Assembly (NCBI RefSeq): GCF_009834535.1
Contig: NC_045697.1
Coordinates: forward strand, 19,966,001-20,030,000
DNA from: Camelus ferus
Taxonomy: Eukaryota
Length of the DNA: 64,000 nucleotides
Direction of reading: 5' to 3'
Below the pieces are notes generated by a model. It made no database searches and was not told the DNA's origin. It saw only the letters and a list, made by a program, of their open reading frames with translations. A program made the translations under genes and the position numbers. Positions 14,941 to 28,110 of the stretch are shown here, one piece after another (the stretch's first letter is position 1; each line of letters opens with the position of its first letter).

Positions 14941-15149
14941 GTATCTTTTTACTACAGGACAGATGACCATCTTGTTCTGCTCCCAATTGATGAGACATTA
15001 TGTCCTCTAATCTGCATGTCTCTCCTAAAAAAAAAAAAAAAAAAACAAAAAACAAACTGATGAACACCCAAAGAGACACTAAATAAACAGTTGCTGCTTT
15101 GCTTAAGCAAACTGATTTTTCTCTCTAGCATTCCAGATATGATGGGAAA

Positions 15150-15385
15150 TCTTGTCAGTTCTGATATTCAAATATATCTGGAATCTACTTCTCAGCGCTT
15201 CTCCCTAATCCATCTGACACCACCAGCATTTTCCCATTGGATCATCGCAGTAGCTCCCCTGATGTTCACCCTGAATCCTACCTTGCCCTCTCTAGCTTCT
15301 TTTCTACTCAGTAGCTAAAGTTACCTTTTTGAAACCAAAATCATAGACTGTGTTTCCACTTATTCAAGCCACCTTTATGTTTTCT
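15150..15385 (+). mobile_element. LINE-2 fragment
   Basis: caaatatatctggaatctac...ggatcatcgcagtagctcc...aaatcatagactgtgtttccact, typical of the L2 3' region. Confidence 0.55.
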
Positions 15386-15389
15386 GTGG

Positions 15390-16900
15390 GTGTTAATTTA
15401 TATGAGGCCTATTGCTTTTGTAAATTTATTTGTTAAATTGTCATTTTCCTAAAATTACTGTAGTTTACACGTTGATTCTTTTGGGTTCCCAGAAATTTAA
15501 TCATATTAACTTCAGAGATATTTCATCTTTCACTTTCAGTTCTTATGCTCTGAATGCTTGATCTTGTCTAATTGCAATGCCTAATACTTCCAGTACTTCA
15601 TTAAATAGTGGTGCAGAGAGTTTGATTACTTGTCTTATCTTCTACCTTTGTGAGGAAGTCCCATATTTCCCCCAGTAACTAAAATACTGGCTGTCAGACT
15701 AAAGTTTATCTTTCAACCCAGATGCCAACCAGCATTCAGTATATGTGTATGATCTCGTAGACCTGATCATGTTAAGAAAGTACCCATCAATTCCTCTTTA
15801 TTAAGTATTTTAAATTTGAACAGACATTGGCCTTGTGACATATCTTCTTAATATCTATTGAGATGAAAAAGTGTAGTTTTTCTCTTTACTTCTCTTCATA
15901 TAATTATGTGATATTATTGGAGTTTCTATTATTTAACTATCTTTGCATTCCTGCAATAAGTTGCACTTGTTTCTAATATATTATACTTTTAAAGAACTTT
16001 TGAATTCTATCTGTTAACATTTTAATTAAGATTTTGCATTAATTTTCATTAGTAAGATTGGTCTGTAGCTTTTTTTTTTACTTTAATCTTTATCAGGTTT
16101 AGTTAGATGTTAAGGTTTTATTCATTTCATAAAAGAAAGAACTTTATCTTTTATGCTCTAGAAAATTTTAACTGTGACTGTTATTTTAAGTTGTATGTAG
16201 TATCATTTTTATAGTGTTCCTAATTTCTCTTTTTTCTTTTATCGTATTTGGTCACTTAACTCTATTCTCGTTAATTTTGATGAATTATCATTTTCTAGAA
16301 AATTATCTGTTTCATTTACTTATCCAAATTAACAAAAACATTTTAAAGATATTTTTCTCTGTTTCAACATTAGTATTTGTTATTTCTAAATGTGTGTATT
16401 TTAATTTTTTCTTTTGTAAAGATTGGTATTCTAATGTACTGATTTTCAAAAATGGCTTTTTGAAAAAAATTACTTTTACTGATACTTTATTTCCTAGTAT
16501 CAAGGTGTAGTTTTTTCTTCACTCATTTTCCTTTCACTTCTTTTTGTTTAAATTATTTTAGTCCTTTTAATGAAGGTCTGTAATTTATTTGTTTTTATTA
16601 TAATTATTAGCTACTGCTGTTATTATTGTTTTAAAAGTTTGCAATTCTCCTTTGACCCGTGAATTGTTAAGTAGCATTATTTTTTTCCCTTGGGTGGAGA
16701 GGTTGTTTTGTTTTCTTTTTTTCTGTTCACATTTCATTTCATTGAAGTGTGGTCAGGAAGGGCTGTTTTTATTATTTGTCTTCTATAGAATTTATTGGAG
16801 CTAACTTTGTGACTAAGATATTTTCAAATTTCATAAATAATCGTATATATTTATTACCTGCTTTCAAGTGTCAGACTTCTAAACATATATTTATGAATTA
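15390..16900 (-). mobile_element. Old LINE-1 ORF2 fragment
   Basis: Antisense ORF2 motifs (ctaatacttccagtac; taagattttgcattaattttcattagtaagattggtctgtag). Confidence 0.7.
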
Positions 16901-17131
16901 TAAAAGGAAAATTTGAGATTCATGTATAAATAAAACAAGACAAGCCTAAGTATTTTATTCCTCAAGTTTTGCCCATAATTCAGAGTGAAAATTAACAGTT
17001 TTCTTCAACTTTCTGATAATTTACTTATACATCTGTTACATGAGTTTATTGAGCAAGATAATCTTTTTCAATGAATTTTGAGATGTATGCAAAAATCCAA
17101 ACATCCAAAGCTAACTACAGGAGATTTTTTT

Positions 17132-17723
17132 GAGATGGATCCAAAAAAATATTGCTGTGATTTATGCCGAAGAGTGTTCTGCCTATGTTTTCCTCTACGA
17201 GTTTCAGAGTATCTGTCCTTAAATTTAGGTCTTTAATCCATTTTGAGTTTATTTTTGTATATGGTGTTACAGAATGTTCTAATTTCATTCTTTTACATGT
17301 AATTATCCAGTTTTCTCAGCACCACTTATTGAAGAGACTGTCTTTTCTCTTTTGTATATTCTTGCCTCCTTTGTCATAGGTTAATTCACTGTAAGTATGT
17401 GGGCTTATTTCTGGGCTTTCTGTCCTATTCAGTTGCTCTATATGTCTGTTTTTGTGCCAGTACCATTCTGTTTTGATTATTGTAGCTTGTAGTATAGTCT
17501 GAAGTCAGGGAGCGTGACTCCTTCAGCTCTTTTCATCTTTTTCAAGATTGTTTTCACTGTTTGATGTCTTTTGTGTTTCCATACAAATTTAAAATTTTTT
17601 TGTTCCAATTCTGTGAAAAATGCAATTAGTAATTTGATAGGGAATGCACTGAATCTGTAGATTGCCTTGGGTAGTATGGCCATTTTAACAATATTTATTT
17701 TTCCAATCCAAGAACATGGTATA
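17132..17723 (-). mobile_element. Young LINE-1 internal ORF2 fragment
   Basis: Track ORF 17477-17683 (-) [18 protein letters not shown]...LPDFRLYY is L1 ORF2 sequence; low divergence; no 3' UTR or poly(A). Confidence 0.92.
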
Positions 17724-17899
17724 GAAGATAACTTTTTAAATGTTTATTGTTTATGCACAACTTTGTGTTTATTTCATTTATAATATTGTGTACCAGGTTC
17801 ATGGCCTACCTGGTTTGTTAAATTGCTCTCTTTTTTACCAAAACATATAAAATTATGTTGCAGATACCTTCTTTTAAATAATAATAAATAATGAATAAT

Positions 17900-18760
17900 T
17901 GTATTTATTTTAATTTTTGATTTTTAATAAAGTAGTAAAATCACAGGTTTTTAAGGATGATACTTATAAAGGCATATAATGTCTAATAACAGTCTCTTGT
18001 CCTGTCACTTATACTTCTTATTCTGTTCTCCAAAAGCAACAACTTTAAACCTGAAGTTGTTTTATTATTTTACTTATATATTTTAAGGCTATAGACACCC
18101 TACTATTAAAGATGAAGCTTTGTGTTTTTTAACTGTCCCACATGGGTGAGCACACACCAGCACACACATACACAAACACACACAGGCGCACATACATTTT
18201 TTTTCTATCTTCATCTGCCAATAATGGTGAAATATTCCATATTTTCCTTATTACCTTATTATGATTTCTCACATATTCAAGCCTTTACATGTATTATAAT
18301 TTCATTTGTTTTCTGGCATCTTGTTTTTCTTTCTGTTGAGGTAATAATTGCCTTGTTTTCATCTTGTTAATTTTTTACGTACTGTTATTAATTCTCTGTT
18401 AGATCAAATATATCACATAACATCATTTCTACTTTAATTTTCTTGGGGATATCCCAACAAAAATAAAATGCTCCCTTATTATAATTTGTACTTCTTTTTT
18501 TTTAACCTAGGTCCCAGCATCTGTCCTAGAATTTCCCTTTAATATCTTACAGTAACTTCCCTTTGCCTCTCTCTTTGCACTGAAAACTTTTTTACCTGAA
18601 TACTTTCACCTTTTTCAGTTAATTCCTTATTCATGAAGAAAAATTTTTCCTGAAACTTTCTGAGAAAGAGTTCATAGAAAGCACAATATTTTTGATATCT
18701 TGTGTATTTAAAAAGATTTTACTGATTCTTCATTTTAAAGGATGTTTAAGGATGAATGTC
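17900..18760 (-). mobile_element. Very old L1/HAL1-like fragment
   Basis: T-rich diverged L1-like motifs (actttctgagaaagagttcatagaaag). Confidence 0.4.
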
Positions 18761-19180
18761 TTTATGATTAAATTTTTACATAGTGCAGATGAGTATTTGT
18801 ATGATGCATGTATATCTGAATGTATATATTATAAAAAAATCAGTATGGTAACATGAGAAACTGATAGTTTTTGTTTCCAGGAATGAGAGAGTGATTAGGA
18901 GTACTTTTCAATGGATATTGTTTGTACATTTAAATTTTGAGTTATGTTAGCACATTTCTTTTTTTTTTTTTAATGTAAATAGTAGGCCTTATTAACTTAA
19001 TAAGTTAATATTTTTGTGTATTATAAGGTGTTTACAAGTCTGGGTTTTAGTACCACAATCCTCCATGAGCTTAGTTATATATATATTTGCAGGCCTAAAT
19101 ATATATAGTTATAAAGCATTTGAGCCCTTGTCTTCCTTAAATTCCTAGAACAATTCCTTACTGTTAAGATACTTAACCTA

Positions 19181-19980
19181 GGGGGTGATGTCAGCAAAAT
19201 GGCTGGGAAGCCCGGGACCCCCACCCCCCATGGAGATACAGACTCAAGAACAACATAGGGACAAGCTCCCTTCATGGGAAAGCCAGAAACCAGTTGAGAG
19301 GTTCCTTCACTCCCAAGTGAGGGTGGAATCTGCTTCACTGGGTTGGGTAGGAAGAGTCCTGGCACTCACTCACCATGTTCCCTTTCCCTGGCCCAAGGCG
19401 GGGTGAACAGGAGGAAACTCCCAGCTCCCTGTTCCTCCCTGGGGAGGGGTAGTGAAGACTGAAACGTATATAAAATGTGCAGACTTTCCAGGGGCTGCCT
19501 GAGAAATGGGTTTCTGTCTTGCCAGAATCTCAGCATTGACAGGAATGGGTACTACAGTGGGGCTTACCGAGAACAAACAAATGGTGGATGAATGATTAGA
19601 GAAAATGTGGTATATACATACAGTGGATATTCTTTAGGCTTAAAATGAAGAAATCCTGCCATAAGCTACAACATGTGGGAAACTGGAGGACATTATGCTA
19701 AGTAAATTAAGCCAGTCATAGAGAGATTCGATTCAACTTGTATGAAATATCTAAAGTAGTCAGAATCATAGATGCAGAAAGTAGAATGGTGGCTTCCAGG
19801 GGCTGGAGCGATGGTAAAATGGGGACTCAATCTTCAATGTGTATAGAGTTTCAGTCATACAAGATAAAAATGTTTGAGATCTGTTGTACAATAATGTGCA
19901 TAGAGTTAAAAATACTGTACTTTGTACTTAAGAGGGTAGATTTTATGTTATTTTTTAACCATAATAATAGTTTTTAAAAA
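19181..19980 (+). mobile_element. LINE-1 5' UTR joined directly to ORF2 C-terminus/3' UTR (L1MA9/10-like)
   Basis: Starts gggggtgatgtcagcaaaatggc (L1 5' start with YY1-like aaatggc); at about 19578 switches to gatgaatg...aaaatgtggtatatacatacagtgg and an L1MA-type 3' UTR. Confidence 0.75.
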
Positions 19981-19984
19981 CCTG

Positions 19985-20970
19985 GAAAGTTTTGTTCTAC
20001 AAAAGACAGTTGCAAGAATGAAATGATAAGCATAGACTAGGAGAAAGCATTAGTATATCATATGTCTGATAAAGGACTTTTATTCAGAAAACTTTAAGAG
20101 CTAATGGTATGAAAACAAACTTACCCCAAATTTTGAAAACTGGCAAAGAATCTGAACAAATGTTTCCTCCCCCAAAGAAGCTATACAAATGGAAAATAAG
20201 CACATTAAAAGATGCTCAACTTCCTTACTCATCAGGGAAATACAAACTGAAATCATAATTAGATACCAATATATACCCACTCAATGGCTAAAATAAAATA
20301 AAAAGAAATGTGAAAATACGAAGTAATGGTGAAGATGCAGAGTGCCTGGAGTTCTCACTTATTACTGGTGGAAATGTAAAATGGCCTGGGCTCTTTGGAA
20401 AACAGTTTGGAAGTTTCTTACAGAGATAAGCATATAAGTACTGTATGACTCATTAATCTCACACCTATGTATTTACCTAAGAGAAATGAAAACATATGTT
20501 CACACAAAACCCTGCACATAAATGTTTATAGCAAGTCTATTCATAATTGCACTACACTGGAAATAATCCAGATATGCTTCACTTGTGAGTCAATAAACCA
20601 TAGTACATCCATTCAGTGGAAGACTAGTCAACACAAAAAGCCTTGAACTGTCGATGCACAGACAACGTAACTGGATCTCAATTGATTTTGTTGAATGACA
20701 GATGCCACACCCCAAAAGCTACATATTCTTTGATACCATTTAAATGACATTAGAGAAAAGACAAAATTATAGTGTTTGCCAGGGAGGAACTAGTTACAAG
20801 AAGGCAGCATGGGGAAATGTTGTAGGGTGATCAAACCGTTCTGTGTCTCATTTGAGGTAATGATTATGAGGCCATGCCGTGCATTTGTCAAATTCCATAG
20901 AACTATACCTCAAAAGAGTAAATTTTAGTGAATATAAATTACATATAAATTTTGAAAATTAAAAAATAAC
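19985..20970 (+). mobile_element. Old LINE-1 3' end (L1MB/L1MC-like)
   Basis: aaaagatgctcaac...catcagggaaatacaaactgaaa; ctggtggaaatgtaaaatgg; gaaatgaaaacatatgttcacacaaaa; A-rich end. Confidence 0.85.
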
Positions 20971-21551
20971 ATAGTATATAGTAAGTGGAACTTTTCTAGA
21001 TTTTTTTTCCCTTTTTTTTTTTTCACTTCAAATCCTCAATTCAACCTCCACTCCTCCATACCAGCAGACGCTATATGGAAATATATGACTGTGTTAATTT
21101 TGTTTTTTCAATTCCAGTAGCCTTTTTATATGTTTCATTTTCTGCTTTTCATGAGTGAATCTCTTTTTTTAAGTTGAGCAATAACTTTTTATGGGTTGTT
21201 TCACGTGTCATCTCAGCCAGCCTCTCCCACCTTTTAGGTCAGGCAGTATGCCTGTCCTGTAAGTTTCCATGCATATTGCATGCATCTCTCTTGTACTGTT
21301 CACTTTACCAAATTATAGTTGTTTACTTTGGAGAACGTTCACCATATTAAGCCAATCATTTATTGCCAGCACCTTACTTAGTGTTTAGAAGAGAAAAGAC
21401 ATTTGAGAGGAAGATTTTGAATGACCAATAATGAATAATGAATTCTATTATTTAGCTTTGGATACTTACCAAAAAAAAAAAAAAAAACAAAAAACTTTTT
21501 TGCCATCTTTGTCTAAGAAAAAATAAATAGTATTTTTTTCTTCAATAAAAA

Positions 21552-21556
<5 letters not shown>

Positions 21557-21594
<38 letters not shown>
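21557..21594. repeat. (TA)n microsatellite
   Basis: Direct observation. Confidence 0.95.
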
Positions 21595-21596
<2 letters not shown>

Positions 21597-23047
21597 CTAT
21601 AGTATAAACACTTTATATGTGAATACTTTCCAACTCTCAGTTCTAGGGCTTACCTCCTCTGAAACACATGTTTTCCTATTTTTTTCTCTGAGGCAGAGAT
21701 CAGGAGAGTGCATTATCTATTCTGAGATAAATAGATTATTTCTGTGGCTTGGAAATGTCTAATTCAGAGATACACTTCTAAATCCAATGTAAACTTTAAT
21801 TCAGTGAAATGCTTTAAAGTTTTTCTGGATTTTTACCACACAATAAGGCTAGCACACAAATAACTACTTCTGCAACTTTAAATTACTTTATATATTTATT
21901 GAGAAACTTGGCAGGGTTCATAGATAAATTTTCAATCTTCGTTTTCTGTATATCTGACAATGCTCCCAGACTACAGAATTTCAGCAAAAGATACCGGGTC
22001 GCCACATATCTTTGTTGGAAGTTATGTTGCTTCTGCTTTTTAAGACATTCATCCTGGGTAACTTATTATAATCCAGGGTCAAAGTTGCAAAGACAGTAGA
22101 ATTTTTGTTCCAACTTGATTGCAAGTTAACAGGATAGGCAGACTTAATCCTGATGGTCAACAATTGTCACTTTATCATATCCATATTTCATTACCTGATA
22201 ACAGAATTGATAAGCTAATTGGTTTATTTGATATTCTAGTGTTATCTTAGAATTAAAAAAAACATTTTTAAGTAGCATCTTCTAATACAGATGTGTGTGT
22301 TTGTGTGTGTGTGCGCACTCAAGTTACATGGACGGAGGAGGGACATGCATAGAATATGTCACAAGACATTAGACTTTTTAACTTCAGTGAACATGCAAGA
22401 AAAAAAAGGCTATGTTTTACTCCCAGAAAGCATTAGTTGAAAAGAGTCTAGAGTGCTAAACATAGTAGAGAGAGATCTAGAACTCATTTAATACAGTTAA
22501 ATTTTAATGGTAATGCATTCTTTAATTTAGATTTCGGAAAGAGTATTTATACTATCTTCCATGTGTTCATTTGTGCCATTTTGATGTTTAAACTCCAAAT
22601 AGGGACTATAGTTACCAATTTTACCTCTGAACGCTTTCACATTTGTGCTTAATTAGAAACAAACAGACAAAAAGAAATGTTAAATTGAGCGGAAACATTT
22701 TTTTTAATGGCATGTATCAAACATGTGTAGGGGTCACCTCCTAGCATTGTGGAGTACTGGGCATTTTGAACACTGAACGTAGTCTGCATAAGAATTAATA
22801 AATGAAATAGGAAACAGGAAGCCAGCACAAACCCTCCGACGTCAAGGCTCCAAGTTGCCACTAGTATTTTAATATTATTACTCAAACAACAACAACAACA
22901 AAACTAATAATTCTGAATGTGTAATAAGTGCTGTGTGAATTTGTTTCTATTAATGTTTTGACATCTCAGTTTGTAAGTAGCATCCACATAGATAGAAAAA
23001 AATGTGTCCTCATTATACCCTAACTTCTCATCCTTTATCTTTCCCTT

Positions 23048-23470
23048 GTATCAATTAGGATGCTTCTGGCAAGTAGTGTACCACCTGAGAAAGTGGAGGG
23101 TTAGTTCGATGTTTGGCATCTCAGTTATTTTATGTTTTACATATTTTCTGAAATTCTCTTGACCTTCCTCATATTCAGAAAGTGGCAAGTGCAGAACCAG
23201 AACCCACATCTTTCTGAACAACATCAAAAGACCAGAAGGAAGGGAATAAAGACGTATATTCCTTTGAGTCTTTTTTTATCAAGAGAATTATTTCCCCAAG
23301 TCTTCACTCAATTCCCAGGGAACTCCAGCAGCTTCTGCTTTTATCACATTGGCTTGAACTAGTTCACATACCCATCCTTAGATTAAATGCTAAAACACTG
23401 AATGGCATTTCAAATTGATCAATTGTAGTTTATTACCTAAAGTGGGCAGAGTCAAATTCCCTGAGAACTT
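23048..23470 (-). mobile_element. Ancient MaLR LTR (MLT1J/K/N-like)
   Basis: tcaattaggatgcttctggc...atcacattggcttgaactagttcacatacccatcc. Confidence 0.5.
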
Positions 23471-23577
23471 TAACACTCTCCTGTTTGAATCTTACTTCTC
23501 ATAATTATGGTTTTATTTTATCTTTGTTCCTTTCTTTCTTTGACGTAATTGTTGTTCCTAAATTTTTATTCTCAATA

Positions 23578-24036
23578 TATCCATCCTGTACTCCAAGAAA
23601 CAGACATTAAGCAGGATAAGCCATGGAAGAGAGTTATCAAAAATAAAACATGTGAGGGATCCATGGTGAGGGAATGAGGGTAGGTAAGGAAAGCCTTCAG
23701 ACCACAATGTAGATATGACACTGTTGGAAATTGGGAAAGAGAAAGGATTAGGTATTTCTCAGATAATTCTGAGCAAATTTCAGCCATATATATACGAGGA
23801 GCTCCTGAGCAAAGTTTACCTGTTGAAGAAGTCCTGCATCAGGTGGGATCAGGCCAGCTCTGGTATCCGCACTGCCCGCAGTCACTGATGGGAGTGGAAC
23901 GAGTAGCATCTGGTCTTACCATAAACACCATAGTGGATTCCAAGGGGCAAAAGCTGATGGAATCTGTCAGTCCACTCCGTTTCCCTAGGAGTTTTCTTGG
24001 ATGAGATCGGAACGGCACACCTTCACGGCCACCACA
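23578..24036 (-). mobile_element. ERVL LTR (LTR16 family), 3' LTR of a decayed provirus
   Basis: Minus strand starts TGTGGTGGCCGTGAAGGTGTGCCG, immediately preceded by the ERVL-type polypurine tract caaggggtgaac (24037-24048). Confidence 0.75.
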
Positions 24037-25300
24037 GTTCACCCCTTGTTCTGCATAGATCCATTTCTCCATCCACATTCTGGAGCAGCTACTCCATGGC
24101 TCCCTAAAGGAGAATGTAGGAGAGGGAAGTTAATGAGATGAACTATGGTCCCTGCCACTGCCATTGTTCTTTGGAACACATCCTCTTTGTTTTTCATCAT
24201 ACATTTGAAATTTTCAGTTTTCACCTTCAAAGGGTTTGGTGGCTTATGTGGTAATGTGAACTACTCCTATTCCCCTTCTACTGTGAAGAACATTACTGGC
24301 CAGAAACTATATTGTGTGAAATTTTATGCTAGTGAATCAGGTCTATTGTAAAACTCTAGGTGGTAGACTGGCTGAGGTTCTTTGGGCAGAAAAGGTAAAT
24401 CCATATGTTAAATACTCACATAACTATGAGGATGAACTATTGGCCTTTCTAAAATGGGAGAGACTTCATAAAATCTACTTGCCACCAAATGTCTGATTGG
24501 TCTCTTTGAGATAGAATTCAACATCAGGGCTCCATCAGCAGCAGCAACGTGGACGACATGGAGAACTGGGCTACTTGTTCATGAAGCTTACATGTGCCCT
24601 CTGATCCTATTCAAGCTCAAGACCTCTGGTGGTGCCATGTGTTGAATTATGTCCTCCTACAATATATACTGAAGCTGAACCCCCAGAACTTGTGGATGTG
24701 ACTACTTTGAAATAGTGTCTTTGGAGAGGTAATCAAGTTAAGATGAGGTCATTACGGTGGAACCTAATTCAATATGACTGATATTGTTAAAAGAGGTGAA
24801 CACTGTGTGAAGACAGAGACACAAGGAGAATGCCATGTAATGCCAGAAATAAAAACTGGATGCAGCTACAAGCCAAGGAACACCAAGGACTGATGGCCAC
24901 CACCAGAAGCTAGGAAGACGCAAGGAAGGATTATCCTCTACAGGTTTCTGAGGAAGGATGGCCCTGCTGACACCCTGGTGTTTCACTTCTGGCCTTCAGA
25001 ACTGTTAGATAAAGCATTTCTGTTGCTGTAGGCCAGCCAATCTGTGGTACTTCATGATGGCAACCCTGGGAAGCTAATACACCTGGCTTTCTAGAACATC
25101 AGTTTGACTCAGTTGAACTATAGTTCTCAGAATCATCTTCCCCATAGCCTTCAAATGGGTGGACCACAATAGATACTGCTGTACCGGCTTTTCAGGGTGA
25201 AAGTGAAGCAGCTGCATTTTGTTCTTGAAAACACCGAAGTTCAGGGCAGGCCATTTTGTAATGTGCACACTTTATCCTTTATCTGCTGGCTTACCTCGTT
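24037..25300 (-). mobile_element. Decayed ERVL internal region (ERV3-16A3-like), interrupted by MLT1C
   Basis: Contiguous with the PPT and LTR16; the portion beyond the MLT1C insert is less certain. Confidence 0.55.
24633..25081 (+). mobile_element. MaLR solo LTR (MLT1C-like)
   Basis: tgccatgtgttgaattatgtcc...caagccaaggaacaccaaggactgatggccaccaccagaagctagg...gaagctaataca. Confidence 0.88.
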
Positions 25301-25319
25301 GGTACCCAGGCCTGGCCAC

Positions 25320-26004
25320 TGTAGGAAGCCTGCACCTACTGCTCCTTTACCCGGATCCTCCTTTAGCTTCTTTGACTCTTGGACCAGTTGTGTGGGACAA
25401 AAGATACCACCTATTTTATCACGGTTGGAGACGGTGAGAGAGGACATGAGTTCCAGTAGGTCCTGAGTCCCAGCTCGTGCTTGTAGTTACCAGCCCAGGC
25501 TTGTGGATCCCGGCTTGTCTTTGTTGAAGGAAAACAGCTCTGGAAAGTTAAACTGTTTCCACCTAGACCTTATAGGCAAGGGCTGTTGCTAATTTTGAAC
25601 TTGGCAGAATACTCTGTGATAGTCCTGGAACATGAGAACGTGGGAGTCTTGTGAGGAACAGGTAAAAGATCGTCGCATATCCACCTCCTGTCTGCCATGG
25701 AGTTACTGGTTCTCTCCGACACTCAGAGCCTGATGAAGTGTGAGGCTTTCTGCCTCACCATCCTTAAAGTGCAGCTGCAGAATGTAAAACTGCTTAGCTA
25801 CAGCGTGGCATGGTCTTTTCAGCTATGTGGTGTCCTATAGCCATGATGCTTTATCATATGGTCTTTCGGTTTGGATGCCATCCTGTAGGACAAAACCAGC
25901 ATCTCTGGCTACTCTTGCTTTTAATTTCTATATGAGTAATAAAATCTCTGAGCCTAAAAAGTTTTTGTGCTTTTAATGGCAGAATCTGTCAACTTGGCCT
26001 GACA
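25320..26004 (+). mobile_element. ERVL-class LTR (MER74/MER73-like)
   Basis: 3' end taataaaatctctgagcctaaaaag...gaatctgtcaacttggcctgaca resembles MER74-family R/U5; the 5' boundary is uncertain. Confidence 0.5.
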
Positions 26005-26122
26005 CCTGCTGTCCTCAAGTTTATATTCACTTTTTTACCTCTAAGTGCCTGCCCTATGAACCATAAGTGATCAGATGCAAAGACAACAGCCTTATTGTTT
26101 AAAGTCAAATTCATATTAAAAA

Positions 26123-26133
26123 ATATATATGTA

Positions 26134-26188
<55 letters not shown>

Positions 26189-26214
26189 GTGTATATATAT
26201 GTATGTATATATAT
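26123..26214. repeat. Compound (TA)n/(TATG) microsatellite
   Basis: Direct observation. Confidence 0.95.
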
Positions 26215-28110
26215 GAATGGGGAGGGAAAATAATCCATTGTTTTTGGAATTACTGGACACTGGCACAAAATTCACACTAATCACCGGAGACCCACATCAC
26301 CATTGTTGGCCCACCATTCAGATTAGGAGGTTGGAGCAACAGAATTTTAGCTTGCTTTGATCTCACAGTGAGACCAATGGGTCCTCAAGGCCACCACCGT
26401 GTGATGATTTTCTGAGTTTTGGAATGCAAAGTGGAAATAAACTTCTACAGCAGGTGGCATTGCTATAGTTTTCTGAGTCATAGAGTGGAACTGTTATTGT
26501 AGAAAAAGCATGTGAAAGCCACTCAAACTATTACTGCATACAAAAATGCTAAGCCAAAAACAATACTAGGTTCCCTGAAAAACTGCAAAGATTAGTGCCA
26601 TGAACACTTGAAAGATGAAGCATGGTGATTCCTCCATTCGGTTCTCTTATTAGGCCTGTGACGCAGACACCTAATCTTGGAGAATGAGAATGGATTATTG
26701 TGCATTTAATCAGCAGAGACTCTAACGACAGCTACTGTTCCAGATGTACTTTAATTGCCTGAGCAAATCTGCACATCTCTTGGCACCTGGTATGCGGGAA
26801 TTGAGCTGACAACTGCATTTCCCCTATCTCTGTTAGGAAAGATTGTTAGAAGCAGCTTTATTTCAGCTGGCAGGGCCATTCTTAGGCTCCCTTGCCCCAT
26901 TTTAGGATTATATCAACTCTCTGGCCCTATGTCATATCCTGGACCACAAGGACCTTGATCACCTTTCCATTTTATCATCTCAAGAACAAAAGAATATGCA
27001 ACAGATCCAGGCTGCCGTGCAGGCTGGTCTGCCAGCTGGGCCACATGAGTTAGCAGATCTGATGTTGTTTGAGGTATCTGTGGTAGGTAGGGAGGCTTTG
27101 TGGAGCCTTTGACAGAGCCTTATAGATGCAGACCCTTGGGATTTTTTGAGCAAAGCTATGTTATCTTCTGTAGATAACCATTCTCCTTTGGAGAGTTTTT
27201 GAATTGTTCCCAGGCCTTAGTAGAGGCTGAATGCTCTACCATGGGCTTTCAAGTTAACATGTGATCCAAGCTGCCCATCATGATTCTTCGATCCATAAAG
27301 TTGGGCATGTGTAGCCCCATTCCTCAAGATGAAAGCGGTTTATATGAGATTAGCTTCAAGCACATCCTGAAGGTACAGATAAAATGCAAGAGAAAGTGGC
27401 CCAAAGCTCCATTGCCTGTGCTTCTGCACTGACTTCTCTTTCTCAGTCTAGGCATATGTGTTGATGTTGGAGAAGGTCATCAAGAGGAAGTGACCATCAG
27501 TTGACCCGAGAGCTGGACTTGAGGAGTGGAAGGCTCTTACCCACTCCCCATCCTTAGAATGTGCATTCTGTTGGCCTTCCCTGAGCTAGAACCTGCTCCA
27601 GGGTCACAGTCTTGAGAGAGCAATGAGTTGTTGAGACCATCCAGATGGTATATGTGCCTGAACCCAATTAAGGCTTCTAGATAAACTTTTAAGATTCTGG
27701 AGGGTGGATGTGGAGACCTACTTATGGAGCAGTCACCCAAGACAAGCTGCATATGTGAGTTCCCTTGCTTATTAAACCTGCCACCTACCAATTCGGTGTG
27801 GCTTACCTCTTTCTTTGGTCTCTCTTTGCCTCTGTGAATGGGGACCAGTTTGTGAACCAACAGCTGAACAGGTGATTGAGGAGTAAATCTCAGCTTTGTT
27901 CCCTAGCGGTTCTATGCAATATGCAGATATGACCCAAAAGTGGACAGCTGAAGCGCTGCTGCACCAGCCCAGGATGGTCCTGAAAGACGATGCTCCGGGG
28001 AACTCTTCCCAGTGGGCAGAACTTCAAGCAGCACAACTGGTTATTCATTTTGCCTGGAAGGAGAGATGACCAGAGATTATGGATCTTCCACACTTATGGA
28101 CTGTGGTTCT
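26215..28110 (+). mobile_element. Decayed ERVL pro-pol (protease, RT, RNase H remnants), split by a solo LTR
   Basis: Protease LLDTGTKFTLITGDP (about 26250); RT EQICTSLGTWYAGIEL (26761); QQIQAAVQAGLP connection (about 27000); RNase H SSQWAELQAAQLVIHFAWKE (about 28005). Many stops, frameshifts and internal deletions. Confidence 0.88.
27465..27862 (+). mobile_element. Solo LTR inserted in ERVL pol; same family as 37257-37691
   Basis: TGTTGG...CCAACA inverted ends; 5-bp TSD gttga/gctga; ATTAAA at about 27771; pol homology resumes after it. Confidence 0.85.

Noticed and set aside
26215..28110. Domesticated or intact ERVL pol
   Set aside because: Multiple stops and frameshifts, the catalytic part of RT appears deleted, and an LTR insertion splits it.
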